A DNA stretch of 64,000 nt. It comes from Euglena gracilis (lineage: Eukaryota). Position numbers and translations under genes: made by a program. Below, piece after piece: positions 23,223 through 35,564 of the stretch (the stretch's first letter is position 1; every line of letters starts with the position of its first letter). The stretch spans positions 7,017,425 through 7,081,424 of the forward strand of contig CP154954.1 in the NCBI GenBank assembly GCA_039621445.1. Direction: 5' to 3'. The notes beneath the pieces were generated by a model that saw only the letters and a list, made by a program, of their open reading frames with translations, was not told the DNA's origin and did not search any database.

Positions 23223-26200
23223 ATGTTTGAGCCCATGTCCATACGCCTTTCTGTCTGCTCTCCTGTTTTGTTTGTCTGCAGAAATTCAGGACACCTGCTA
23301 TGACACGCAGCGTTGCCCTGCCCGCTGTCTTGCGGAGCTGCCAACCCTCGTTGACATCACCGCTGCCTTTGCCGCCCTCACTGGCTGGCTCCACGTGTTC
23401 TTCTTCTTGCACAGGGTGGTTTTTTTCACACATAAATCATTGAAGACTGATTAAGGTAATGACGTAGCAAGGAGACAGCAACTCAGTCACACCACAGGGC
23501 AGGGTCCAGAACATACACTCACTTAGTCAATGCCCCCCATGGGATTGGATGATTGGTTTTTTTAGAGTTACTGCATGGTTTTTGGCCAGAGGGTGGATGC
23601 ACTTCTGGGTCGGAACACACATGCCTCAATGCAGGTACGTGCTCGAGTGCTTGACTAACTGTCCTGGAAGCACTTGGCTTCCGTTCCACAGGTCCCTTCG
23701 TCATTATGATCAAGGAAATGCTGGAGTATGAGCTGGCCTGGGAGATATTGTAGCACACCGTTTATGTGGGGCCTGGGCGAGAGGGTGTTCCGACCTCCCC
23801 CACCTGCCGTTTTGTCGCACCCGGGTGGTGTTCTCACAGTTTTGGATATGACAAACAGCATCAACCAATTTGCCCCACTCAAAACCCCTAGGAATGCCAA
23901 CCATGGGAGACCAGCCTAAACTAAACAAAAAATTTGCAAGTGGATTGGTTTTAAGCATGCCCTCAAAATCGAATTTGGCCATTTCTTTGGAAATTTTTTG
24001 GACAATTGGGCTTTTAAACGGCAAACTGTTGAGTATTTGGAGGTTTTTTAATTTTGAGGTGGGGTCATTTTCAGGGAATTTTCACGAAATGCCTCGGTTA
24101 TGAAGGGGGGGGCGGACCCCTGGTTTGTTGGATCATCTATACTGGATCGTGGGGCCCCCTCAGCTATCCCCCCCGAGCTATTCCTGGGTTTTATTTGCAT
24201 TAAGAAACACGATCAACGACGTCCAACGTTTGGACAATCATTTGCATTTATTCTGAAGCAGCATGGACACACAGTTGTTTGAAAGAAAAAATACATGCAC
24301 ACAAATCTGGGTCTGGGGATGTCCACGGCCCTCAGGCTTCAGGCAGATTGGTCCAACACTGCTATCCCCCAGCCACCGTTTGGACCACTCATTGTTGCCA
24401 CCAGTCTCAACCCTCTGATTCTCACCTCCCTGTGGGGGGGGGTTCAACCCCACTCAATCCTCTGGGCCTTTCCCTCTCCCAAGCCAGAGGCAGACATCCG
24501 GCGCTTCCTGTCGGTGTACTTTGCGGTGCTGCTTGGCTTCGCGATGTCACTGTATATGCTGACCGAGAACCTCCAGTGACAATGCCCGGCAAGTTCCGAC
24601 AAATTGAAACCATTCCCAACAATGCCCGCCCGCTCCTGGCAATTCCGGGCAAATCCGGACCATCCAACGATTCGCAACAGCAGCACCGAATATCGCTTGC
24701 CCGGAGGGGCTCGGGGGCGACATACAGCCAGGACGAGCACGGGCCCGACGCGTTCCTGAAGCACCTCTGCCCAGGGCCCAGGGCCCAGGGCCTATGGGGC
24801 TGGCTGTGGCCATTGCTTCACAGGGCACCACTTGAGCCTCTTTTCTGACCCAAAAAAAACCCACCGCAGGGCACAAAGGAGCGTTTGGGCCAGTAAAGGA
24901 TCAGCAGCCCCATCCCTCACCAGGGAACAGTAGCACTCCAGTGTATCCCCTGCAAAGATACGCAATATATTATTCCGAAGTGAAGGAAACGCTAGATTTT
25001 TGGCATGCCACTGATGCCAACAGCTTTTTGATGCTAAACGCTCTTTGAGCGGGATAAACCTCCCTCCTCAAATAAGTCCAACCAAAAAAATGAAGCAACC
25101 CCAAAAACAAAACCCCCCCAGCCGATTTTCACCGAAGATATTCACAGGAAAACCCAAGAATGGCCCGTAAAGCTGAGCCAATTTTCGTTGATGGCGAAGG
25201 ATCCAGCTTTATGGACCTATTTTGAGCCCTACCACAGATATTTATCCCCCCCCCCCTGTGATAAGAATCCCCCTTCTGACGGGACACATTATGTTTTTGG
25301 GTGTTATTTCTCCGCTTTCCAATGGCACAACAGCATCGTGCGATTGTTGGTATGCCCTCAAGACCCCTTCCTCCAATCAAACCCCAAAAAACATAAGACC
25401 TTGGGCTACATTTTGGTCCCGTTGCTGAAAATCCCAAAAGGGATCTTCAAATTCAACTCTATCTTCAACTTCAGGGAGCCACTTTCGGTTATTGCTGAGG
25501 GCGTTGGTTAAAAATAACATTTTTTCTGCAATTTCCGCAACTTCCCACAATTTCTGCAATTTGCTGCAATTTTCTTGCAATTTCTGCAGTTTTCCCCACA
25601 ATTTTCCCAATTTTCCTGCAAATTTTTTCTTTTCTGCAATTTTTCCGAATGAACCTGAAATACAAGGTAAAATGAGTTCTGGATGGTTACCGCCACACAC
25701 ATATGCATGTGTGTGCATCGAAACCCGGGTGTCCCTGGCTCACTTTGACCCCTCTCCCCTCCCCCCTCCGCCCTGCTGGCGGCAGTTTGTGCTGCTTGGG
25801 CTGGTCGGTGACTTCCCGTTCGAGGAGTACAGCGAGCGCTTCAGTGGGGCCCGCATGCTACTGCTGGACCTGCTGGTCATGTCGCCCGGGCTGGGGCCGC
25901 AGGTGTCCCCCCCCCCCCCTGTCGGAGGACAACTTTTCAGGGTGTGATGAGTCTGGGGAAGCTTTTTTTTTGGACCAAAAAATCCTCCCTTCGAAAGTCA
26001 GAGATTCCGGTTCGTTGGACACACATATATATATTGTAAAAGGTTGGATCCCCCAAAAGCCTCAGTGGGGTGGATGTTGGGCGATGCTGGGGTATGGGGG
26101 CTGTAGGGGGCGTCAGGGGGCGTCGGGGGGTGTCGGGGTGTTTCAGGGGGTGTGGGAGTTGAAGGGGGTGGGGGGTGGGGGGTGGGGGGGTGAGGGGATG

Positions 26201-28854
26201 GGGGGTGGGGTAATTTTTCCCGAAATTTTTTCTTTTGTATTTTCGGAAGTGCTGGGATCACTCTGGTTACTTGTAGTCAAAAAAAACGCCCCCCCCCCAG
26301 TTTCATTACAGGACGACTAATTTCAGGACGACTTTTCAGGGGGGAAACATCCATCCTAAAATGAAATTCAAACAACGGGGAAGGGGGAGGCAGGGTTTTT
26401 TGGGGGGGGATTCTGGGATGGCGCATCCCCACCCCAGGCACAGGCACATTCTTGCCATCTCCCTTGGAAAAAAATTGCACCCCCATGCACCAGCCAGTGG
26501 GGAGAGGTGTGGTGTGGGGCGAAATTGCTACCTACACCCCCCTCCCCCCGGGAAACTGTCATACCCGAGAAACTGTCAGGTCCCAGGAAACTGCCAGGGT
26601 CCTTGGTTCCGGCCGACCTGTCAGTATGGGTGGTTCGTCAGGTTCCCTGGTACGGGCCGGCCTGTCAGGTGACAGTTTCCCGGGGGGGGGGGGTAGTTGG
26701 GGCCCCTGTTTTTTTTGCAAAATTATTGGAAAGTTCAAGTTTTTGGGTAAAATGGTGGTATATTTTTTTGCGTTGTGGTTGGTTACATTCGATTTGATCA
26801 AATTCTTGCAAAATGGTCAGAAACAAACGTCTTGTGGTGCATTGGTGTTTTTTTTTGTAAATTTCATTTTCAAAATAAATCTGAAGGACTGACAACATTA
26901 CACAACCCCAGCCTTTTGAACCCCCCCCCCCAAACTTTTCAGAGTCCCACCCGGGAACCTTTCAGAGTCCCCAGCCAACCTATCAGTATTGGAAGCTTTC
27001 AGGGTTTGGTTGCTGTTACCAGCCAAACTGTCAGGTGATAGGTGGGGGGGGGGGAGCTATATGAAATTTGATAACCCCCGAGAGTTAGAGGGTTAGAGGG
27101 TGTAGGAAAGGTACACTGGAAAAAATTACGCGAAAAAACCATGGTATCCCATACTTTTTGTCTCCTGTATTTTTGTCTGGACTGTATCCCGTTATTTTTA
27201 GGGAAGAGGTGCAGACCACCTGACCCATTCCCTCATGGTCAGTGGGATGGGTGATTGGTCAGGTGGGCAATGGTGGTGTGCCTTGTCGGCCCCCGGCCTG
27301 CCGCCGTACATCATCCTGGTGGTCATCCTGCTGCTCAACCTGCTCATCGCCATGATGGGCAACACGTACGCTTGCGTGCAGGAGCAGGCCGAGAAGCGCT
27401 GGTACCTGGAGCGGGCCAACCTCATGGCCAGGGCGACTGGGAGGTTGAAACACCCCCTGGGAGTAGGGCAACAGCCCAAATCCCTGAATTGATCTTGACC
27501 CTCCACAGTCTTTCCTGTACGTCTCATCTGTGCCAGCCAGATCAAAGTACCACACGTTTCTCCTGTCTTCCTTGTTTCAGTGCGACACTTGTTTCATCCT
27601 CACCCGGTCCGTTTCCCCCCTTTTCACTGCAGTGCCCACGTGTCATCATTTATCTATTTCCTTCCCCATGATTGCCCTCTGTTTAAAGCACCTTTTGATT
27701 TAAATTCTGCGTGACATGACATGGATAAATTTTAGTCAATGGTCACATCCAAGTTTGCAAAGTTTTTCTCCTGGCAGGAATCTGTTTTTTTAATCCCCAC
27801 CTGCTGTCTACGCCTACCTTCAGGGCCAGCCGTCATTCTTTCCTGTTCTCTCGGCTTGCGCAACTGTTTGACGCATAAAAAGGTCGTGGTTGATTTTCCC
27901 CTGCTGTTGCCCACCCACGTCAGGTCAGCAGCGGTGGCAACGGTGGCCGGCAGAGTGACGATTGGATCCCGCCCCCCTGCAGCGGGCAGCGTACGAGTCC
28001 GAGCACAGCATGGATGAGATGCAGGATATCCGGAAGGAATATGCCACCCCATTCAACCCAGGCTGCTGTGCATCTCCATTGTGGCAATGTGTGAAACAGG
28101 TGCTATACCATTGATTCCCCTCGAAAATACATATACTGTCACCATATTATTCCACATTTTTTTTTCTCTCACAGAGCAAGTAGTGCACGGAAAGCAGCGT
28201 CACCGCCCAAATTCGGTGTTTCAGACCACCCACCCAGGTTTTTAGGTATTTTTGATTGGTAAGTTCCCACGGGGTTGATATAAAAACATCACCACACAGC
28301 TACACGCACGCACGCACGCACACACACACACAAACGGGAAGCGGGTCTGGTGGGGAACGTGGTTACTTGTCACATGTGACCAGTGTGATGCATGCAACGT
28401 GACACATCACCTGCTGTAAGATCTTTCCGGTCCAAGAAAACAGACCAAGTTAGGAACCGAGGATGACAATACCTGACCTGAGGGATACCCACTCAGGGGG
28501 CGTGGAGTGGGGGGTGAGATATTCGACACGGGCCGTGGGATTCAGGGCAGGGTTTGATATAAGGAGGGCGTACATGGTTTAGGTGGGGGTGTCCCCCCCA
28601 CCCCCCCCCTCCTGGCCCGCAGGGGGTGTCCGGACCCCCCCCCACCTGTCCTTATATCGAACCCTGATTCAGGGTTGCCTTCCGCCTGCCCGGCCCGCCC
28701 AGCAGCGTGCCACTGCCAGGCGGACTCCGTGACGAAGCACCTCGAGTTCTGCCTCACCACCACGTCGTGCTCCGAGTCGTGGAAGTTCCGCCGGCCGTCC
28801 GCGCAGCGCCGCCTCAGCGCCGTGCCGCAGTTCTCGATGCTGACCACCCCGTGA
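11108..28854 (+). CDS. TRPV-like (OSM-9/Nanchung/TRPV5-6-like) ankyrin-repeat cation channel, paralog 1, about 682 aa, 24 exons
   Basis: Exons: 11108-11172, 11466-11514, 12126-12212, 12784-12875, 13238-13337, 13703-13772, 14580-14688, 15053-15107, 16131-16148, 16710-16833, 18474-18520, 19400-19513, 19976-20031, 20770-20911, 21922-22071, 23073-23151, 23327-23408, 23672-23729, 24493-24570, 24729-24768, 25781-25883, 27306-27425, 27985-28055, 28715-28854 (2049 nt, ATG to TGA, all phases consistent). Motifs: [24 protein letters not shown]...[65 protein letters not shown], pore [24 protein letters not shown]-box-like WYLERA. A few junctions are ambiguous by 1 nt. Confidence 0.9.
13338..13702 (+). 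other. Non-conventional intron present only in paralog 1
   Basis: gat-CAGgatttgtttgccg ... cggcacaaaaaaatattCTG-agtgg. Paralog 2 is uninterrupted here (exon 50862-51031). The 8-mers outside CAG/CTG are accgggat and agtgggac (5/8 identical). Confidence 0.85.
17375..17998. mobile_element. hAT-like MITE (family E-like) inside TRPV paralog 1 intron 10
   Basis: CAG...CTG ends, perfect TSD gtgggtac, degenerate TIR; hosts a nested family D copy. Confidence 0.75.
17423..17823. mobile_element. hAT-like MITE, family D, nested
   Basis: TIR cagggttcgatataagga...tccttatatcgaaccctg; perfect TSD ggggtagg. Confidence 0.93.
20285..20697. mobile_element. TA-flanked MITE, family C
   Basis: Ends C(n)tatgtccaa...ttggacataG(n) with TA on both sides; internal ggtcagaggaca repeats; homologous copies at 35172, 39246 and 54025. 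Confidence 0.85.
21250..21640 (-). repeat. Dispersed repeat related to the interior of family A copy 1
   Basis: 21271-21345 is approximately the reverse complement of 6823-6895. Confidence 0.6.
23189..23221. repeat. (GT)n microsatellite
   Basis: Perfect dinucleotide run inside an intron. Confidence 0.9.
24571..24728 (+). other. Intron present only in paralog 1 (boundaries uncertain by 1-2 nt)
   Basis: Interrupts [13 protein letters not shown], while paralog 2 reads LTVSPEQCGLEAF without a break. Starts ctc-CAG; 3' pairing is weak. Confidence 0.65.
26535..26693. mobile_element. TA-flanked MITE, family G
   Basis: Ends C(n)gggaaactgtca...tgacagtttcccG(n); related copies at 39675-39976, about 29830-30020 and about 48110-48515. 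Confidence 0.75.
28548..28666. mobile_element. hAT-like MITE, family D, 119-bp deletion derivative
   Basis: TIR cagggtttgatataagga...tccttatatcgaaccctg; perfect TSD attcaggg; lies in the last intron of paralog 1. Confidence 0.92.
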
Positions 28855-29489
28855 CCCTCGTGACCTGTGGGGATTTGGGACCCAGGGCCTGTTGCCGCTC
28901 GCGAGCCATCGCCAGTGACTATGGCCTCCGGGGGCACGGCCCGCTCATGATTTGTGCCGTTGCTTAGTGGGTGATGACCCAGGGTTTAACGCATGCGAGT
29001 CCGGGGGGCTGATTGACTGGTTTGATTGACCCCGAAAGCATTGGGGGTCAATCAAACCCCCAATCCCCCTCTCAGGGGGATTTGGGAGCAGCCAGATGTA
29101 CCATAAGTGGCTCCAAGTCCATTGGTGTTTGGCCATTTAGTCCGTTTGGGGGGTCCGAACTGACCGACTGGTTTTCAAAAAAGTGGCAAATTGTTGTTGT
29201 TCTTTTTTTGGACAGTGGAATGCGACCCCATTGGGGTGGGGAAGCCATGGTACAATTGTGACCATACTCCCGTCACCAGCGTCGTTCTCGTCACTCGCCT
29301 CTCTCAAAGTTCTTCCCCCTTTCTCACTCACATTTCTTTCCTTTCCCCGCTAAGCCGGGCCCCCCTGGGCCAGCTCATGCCCAGGGATCAGCATCCATTG
29401 GACTTCTGCTTCAGTACGTCTACCACACTTGCAGCCGACGGAACTGTATTCCTGCCAGAAGACAGTGGTATTGCTAACCACCCCCCGAA

Positions 29490-29762
29490 CAGGCTTCTTT
29501 TTAAGTCACCTGACCCCCCCCCCCCCCGGGGGGGGAGGGGGGGGGGGGGGGGGGGGGGTGCGGGCCGGACCCCCCCCTGGGGGGGGGGGGTCCCGCGCCG
29601 GAGGCGCTGGGTATACCTTTTCGGCGCGAAGCGCCGAAAATTTTTGAAAATTGCCTTTAACGGCCCCGATTTTGGCCCCCCCCCCCCCGGGGGGGGCCCG
29701 TGCCCCCCTGGGTGGGTGGGGGGGGACCCCCCCTCCCCCCCGGGGTCTTAAAAAGAAGCCTG
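29490..29762. mobile_element. hAT-like MITE, family E
   Basis: TIR caggcttctttttaag...cttaaaaagaagcctg; TSD cccccgaa/cccctgaa (7/8). Confidence 0.88.
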
Positions 29763-30022
29763 CCCCTGAAAGGAAATCCTTGTCCCCAGGGCTGAATGGG
29801 AATCCGGGACAAGGGTTTTCTTAAGTCGGAGGGGACCAGGAAGTTGTCAGGGTCCCCGGCACCGGCCAACCTGTCAGGGTCATTTTTCATTGACTTTCCC
29901 TGAATTGACCAACCTGGGAAACTGTCAGAGGGTCTTTGATGCGGGCCAACCTGTCATGATAAGAAGTTGTCAGGGTCCCCGGTACCGGCAGACCTGTCAG
30001 TGGCAGTTTCCCGGGGGGGGGT

Positions 30023-31810
30023 CAGACATTCATTTAGTGTGGTACACCAAGGTTGTCATTTTGTGGTTCACTGTGGACACCACAAAATTTTTTGTGGTTC
30101 ACCTGTGGACACCAAAATTTTTTTTGTGGTTCACTTGTGGACACCAAAATTTTTTTTGTGGTTCACCTGTGGACACCAAAGTAATATTTGTGGTTCACAT
30201 GTGGACACCAAAAAATTTACCACCGCCTGCTGACATTTGCATCATTTTCTTTCTCATCAACAGCAATGAAGCAATCTTCTTTGAACATATTTGACTCAGG
30301 CGGCGTAATTTGGCCAAAAATTCTGGTGCTCTAAAAACAGAAGAGGAAGCGGAAAACCACTTCCAAAAAAAAGGGTCATATTTTCGATTTTTTTTTTGAA
30401 GAGGTTCTGATTTTGGCCAATTCCGGTGGACGTTTGGCTCACAGTGAAGGAGACCTATACAATCGAAAACAGACCTAAAAAGGCCAACTTATTTTCGAAT
30501 TCTAGTAAAATCAACAAAACCAATCAAAAAATACATGAACAGGAGGAACTGACAAAAACAAGCGTTGTTTCTGCTGCCGTAGGCCCCGAAGGAACGAAAC
30601 AGAAAAATTAAAAAATGGAAGCGGTAAATATTGCATTCCGCTTCAAACGCAGGAGATGTGCAACGAAAACTGAACACAGTGAATCATACAGAATGTAATG
30701 TAAAAATGTGCATGATGTTTGCACACCAAAAAGGAAGCGGAAAACCGCTTTGAAAGAATCCGTAACAAAAATAGTATGAATTGAAATGATCAACAATGAT
30801 CACCAAACGATATTCCAATCCCAACAACAACGAAGAACGTTAACATTTATGAAATTTATGAAAATAACAGAAACTGAACAACCTGAACAAAAATTGAATG
30901 TCATTATCCAAAGTGCATAATGCAAACACGTCAAACCACGTGGAGACAATTGCACGATTTACGAAGGGTAGAACAGGCGAAACGATGCAGACCTTCTGTT
31001 CATTTCCCTGTGCTCCACCTGGAAGGAAGAACATTTCGAAATGACATTGGCGTAAAACCTGCAAAAAAACAGAGCAAATATGAAGCGGTTATCCGCTTCC
31101 TCAGGCTGACATAATACTTTTTAATTATCTCATAGTGCCAAACTGCAAAAACTAGAATGAGGCTGACACTTACCCTTCTGAATGAAAAACTATACTGAAT
31201 GCGGTCTTTCATTGAATGGTCAAGTTGAAGATCTGACACCACAGCAATGAAGTGGCTTTCCGGCTCCTACCTCAAAACAAAGCACATGGCATTGATTTTT
31301 CAGGCACTTTTTCAGGCATTGAGGCACTCGGCACTCAACTGACATCCCACAATGCCCCAGAACGCTCTCAATGTCCGCAGCCATGCCAAAGCCCCACGAT
31401 AATGTCGCGTGTTTCTGCTTCCATGAAGCGGAATTCCGCTTCATCGACGCCAGTATTTAACTTTTTGATGGTATCCTTGTTGGGTAAGTTGTCTATACAG
31501 CACGTCTGCTTGAGAACTCTCGATAGCAATCTGTCCAATTTCAACTGCCACGCTTCGTGGATTGAGCCGGGGCCAAGGCTCACAATGTGGCTGAGGTGTC
31601 TAAAGATAAACCCGCCTTTAGGTGTAATTTTTTTTACTTTTTTTCGATCCTCAATCAACTTTTGTGGACCACAAAATTTTTTGTGGACACCACAAAAATT
31701 TTTGTGGTTCACCTGTGGACACCAAAAAAAATTTTGTGGTTCACCTGTGGACACCAGAAAAAAATTTGTGGTTCACACGTCTTTTGTGAACCACACTAAA
31801 TGAATGTCTG
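30023..31810. mobile_element. hAT-like non-autonomous element, family A, copy 2
   Basis: Same TIRs and subterminal arrays as 6595-8187; perfect TSD gggggggt; different AT-rich interior; inserted into the poly-G end of a family G element. Confidence 0.92.
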
Positions 31811-33253
31811 GGGGGGGTTGGTAATGGTATTCCTATCGTGCTTCTATCCCAGGAGGTTTCTAAGTAAAATACTGGCAGAGGGCTTCGGGGAAAGGCCAAA
31901 ATGGCCGTCTCGCAGCTCACGGGACCATATCTACCATACCTATGTCTATATCATAGCACATGTGTTGCGTGTTGCAGCGTTTGCTGTGTGTGTTTTTGTC
32001 TGCACGGGGGAGGACGGCGGTTGTGACCCTCACCTGGCAGAATCCAGTGAACGTGGGACATGCATTGGTGGCAAGCAGACAGGAGTCTGTTGTGGTGGAT
32101 GCTTTGTGATTTTTTTGGGTGGGGCGGGAGGGTGCAAATGGTTTAGTAAACACCAGCGGTCTTTTAGCCGAACGGAAGCCAAAGCCTGCCGACGGATGTA
32201 GACAGGTGGGGTATGGCACGCTTCCCAGCGCCCCACGTCTCCGCAAACTGCACATCATCCTTCTGTTGCTCCCCAGCAACACTGTGAAGGCGCTCACCCA
32301 TACCCCCTTCCTGCGTTTTTTGAAGGTTCCTGCTGCTTTGCCATGGTATTTGGATGCCCCAATTTCGTCTCATACATCATATATTGCACACGCTCCTTTT
32401 GTCCAAGCACACCCCAGGAAGTTCACCTGCAACGATGGTGCGTTCCTCATCTCGTCAGAGTCTCTGACTGTGATTTGTCAAGAGGAACACATTTCATCAA
32501 TTTAATATAATTTAATTTTATTTAATTTTAAATTTAATAATTTATTTTATAAAAAAATTATTTTAATTTATTTCATTTTTTTTCTCTTTCAATTTCCCTG
32601 TTGCGCAACAGGAAGTCTCAAAGAAAATGAACAGTGGTGGCAGTTTAACGGCAAACATCATCGTGTTTTGCTGGGCCACCTGCCATTTCCCCTGAATCTC
32701 TTCCTCCCCAGGGTTCAAGGTTCTGGTGTCAGCTCTTGGTTGTTAATTACATTAGTAAGTGTTTTACTGTAAAAATTCCGAAAAAGCATCCCCACGGAGG
32801 CGACACTTCCAGTTTTTGATCTCCGTTGCTAGTCAAGCCCCCTGATACGGGAGGGCCTGGTGGGGGTGGGTCGACCCCCCCCACCATAGGGTTTAGGGGA
32901 TTCCTACCCGCCCCGACTGGACACAACGACACTGTCTAAATACGCTGGTCTGAGAATACTTTTCAAGTAATATGTTGCTTTGCATTTGTGCTCAATTTTT
33001 TTCTTTCGACTGGGAGAAGCTGAATTAGTCGACCTTGTTCAGATTTTCACTTCAGGGGCTGTTGACAAAGAGATGCCAACTGACGAAGATGACCCCCCGC
33101 CGGTCCCGTGGTCCGGGCCTCATCTCCCCCCCCCCCCCGGAAACCTGCTGTGAAAACCCGGGAAAAATATACCCGCTGGCTGGGAGGTGCGCTTTATGTT
33201 CGAAGACCCCTGGACTGCCCCTGGGGGGTGGTCCCGGGCCGGGGGGGGGGTTA

Positions 33254-35159
33254 CCGTAGGAGGAGGTTCGATCTCGAACGTTCAAGCTCGAACCTCCTCG
33301 AACGTTTCTAAGCACCCCCTTCAAGGGGGGGCTTAAAAATGTTCGAGGACCCTCCTCGAACGACCTCGAACGACATTCGAGGAAGGTCTCGAACCTCCTT
33401 GAACGACCTCGAACGTCGTTCGAGGAGGGTCTCGAACCTCCTCGAATGACCTCGAATGACGTTCGAGGAGGGTCTCGAACCTCCTCGAACGTCGTCGAAC
33501 GACATTCGAGGAGGGACCTCGAACCTCCTCGAACGACCTCGAACTACATCTCGACCCTCCTCCTACGTACATGCATACAGCTTTCAACACCAACATTCTC
33601 GTAATCCTTTTAGGGTTAGAAAAATATTTTTCCTTACGCAGGAATGCACTCATTCAAAAGTATTTTATTCAAAAATATTCCCATACCAAGAGAATTTCTG
33701 AGGTTATTAGAAGGAATAGGGTTAGGGTTAAGATTTCATCCCCAATGGTTTGCAACCATCCTGCTCATCGTTGTTATATTTCCCTCTACAGGGTACACAG
33801 CGAACCCAAAGAGTCGCCCATGGGGGGACCCGAGCGAGGCGCCGAAGGCGCCGAGCGAGGGTCCCCCCATGTGTATTAACCCTAGTTGGGCGACTCTTTG
33901 GGGTAGCTGGTACCCAGTAGGGGGAACTTTTCCACACATTGTAAAAGAAACATATTTTTTTCTTTCGCAGAATGCACCGATTCTTCAACATTTTTTTTTC
34001 CTTCAAAAATGATCCCATACCGAGAGAATTTCTGAGGTTATTAGAAGGAATAGGGTTAGGGTTAAGATTTCATCGCGAATGGTTGCAACCATCCCGCTCT
34101 TCGTCAGTGGCAGAATTTAAAAGGTACATATTGTTGAGTTGTTTTGTAAGTTGCAAGTCCATGGTTCATTGTTCTTGATTCTGCTTGTTTTTTTTTTGTC
34201 TTTCACTGGCACGATCCGGAAGAAATTAAAGACAGGGGAAGAGAGAGAGAGGATTTTGTTTCAACTGTTTTTTTCCCCCACTGGCATTGACATGATTTGG
34301 AACACAGGAATCTTTCAGTGGCAGAATTTAAAAGGAACATATTTTTCCTTACGCAGGAATGCACTCATTCAAAAGTATTTTATTCAAAAATATTCCCATA
34401 CCGGGAGAATTTCTGAGGTTATTAGAAGGAATGGGGTTAGGGTTAAGATTTCATCCCCAATGGTTTGCAACCATCCTGCTCATCGTTGCTACATTTCCCT
34501 CTACAGGGTACACAGCGAACCCAAAGAGTCGCCCAACTAGGGTTAAAAACATGGGGGGACCCGAGCGAGGCGCCGAAGGCGCCGAGCGAGGGTCCCCCCA
34601 TGTGTATTAACCCTAGTTGGGCGACTCTTTGGGGTAGCTGGTACCCAGTAGGGGGAACTTTTCCACGCATTGTAAAAGAAACATATTTTTTCTTTCGCAG
34701 AATGCACCGATTCTTCAACATTTTTTTTTCCTTCAAAAATGATCCCATACCGAGAGAATTTCTGAGGTTATTAGGAGTAGGGTTAGGGTTAAGATTTCAT
34801 CGTGAATGGTTGCAACCATCCCGCTCATCGTCAGTGGCAAAAATTAAAAGGAACATATTTTTGAGCTGTTTTGTTTGCATGTGCTCCACACCCGTACCCA
34901 AAACACCCAATCGTCACTTGAACCTGCATCGTGGAACCTGCATTGAAAGATTTCGTTTTTTTGTTTCTTGTGTTGCACCACTTGTTGTGGCGACTGTCGT
35001 TTGTTTGGTTTTCATTTCTCCTGATTGATGGATGCATGTACGTAGGAGGAGGGTCTCGAACGTCCTCGAACGACCTCGAACGACATTCGAGGAGGGTCTC
35101 GAACCTCCTCGAATGTCGTTCGAGGAGGTTCGAGGAGGTTCGAGACCCTCCTCCTACGG
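33254..35159. mobile_element. Foldback-like composite element
   Basis: Two self-palindromic tcgaac/gttcga-rich modules (about 33255-33567 and 35041-35158, each cgtaggaggagg...cctcctcctacg) flank a core bounded by tacatgcat/atgcatgta. The core carries a direct duplication (about 33625-34130 vs 34341-34860). Confidence 0.7.
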
Positions 35160-35171
35160 ACCCTCCCACTA

Positions 35172-35514
35172 CCTCCCCCCCCCCTATGTCCAATGACCCC
35201 CCCCCCCGGTCAGAGGACACCTTTTCGGAGGTTTGACCAAATTTTTGGTCCCGGCGAGAAGCGACGGGACGAAAAATTTTGCCCAAGAATTAGCCAAAAA
35301 TTTGGCCAAAAGGCCATTTTTGACACTTTCTGGACAAAAATTTGTCCAAATTGCCCAAAATTTTCGGCGCGAAGCGCCGGAAGGGAAAGGGGCATTTTTG
35401 GGTGGGTGGGGACCCGGGTACCCACCAACTTTCTTTTGACCCCATGTCCAACGACCACCCCCCCCCCCCCGGTCAGAGGACAGAGGTTACCGGTCATTGG
35501 ACATAGGGGGGGGG
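35172..35514. mobile_element. TA-flanked MITE, family C
   Basis: Homologous to 20285-20697; TA flanks. Confidence 0.85.
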
Positions 35515-35564
35515 TACTGTAACCCTCCCGTCCCGGGCCGGAGGCCCCGGTATGGGTTCCGGAC

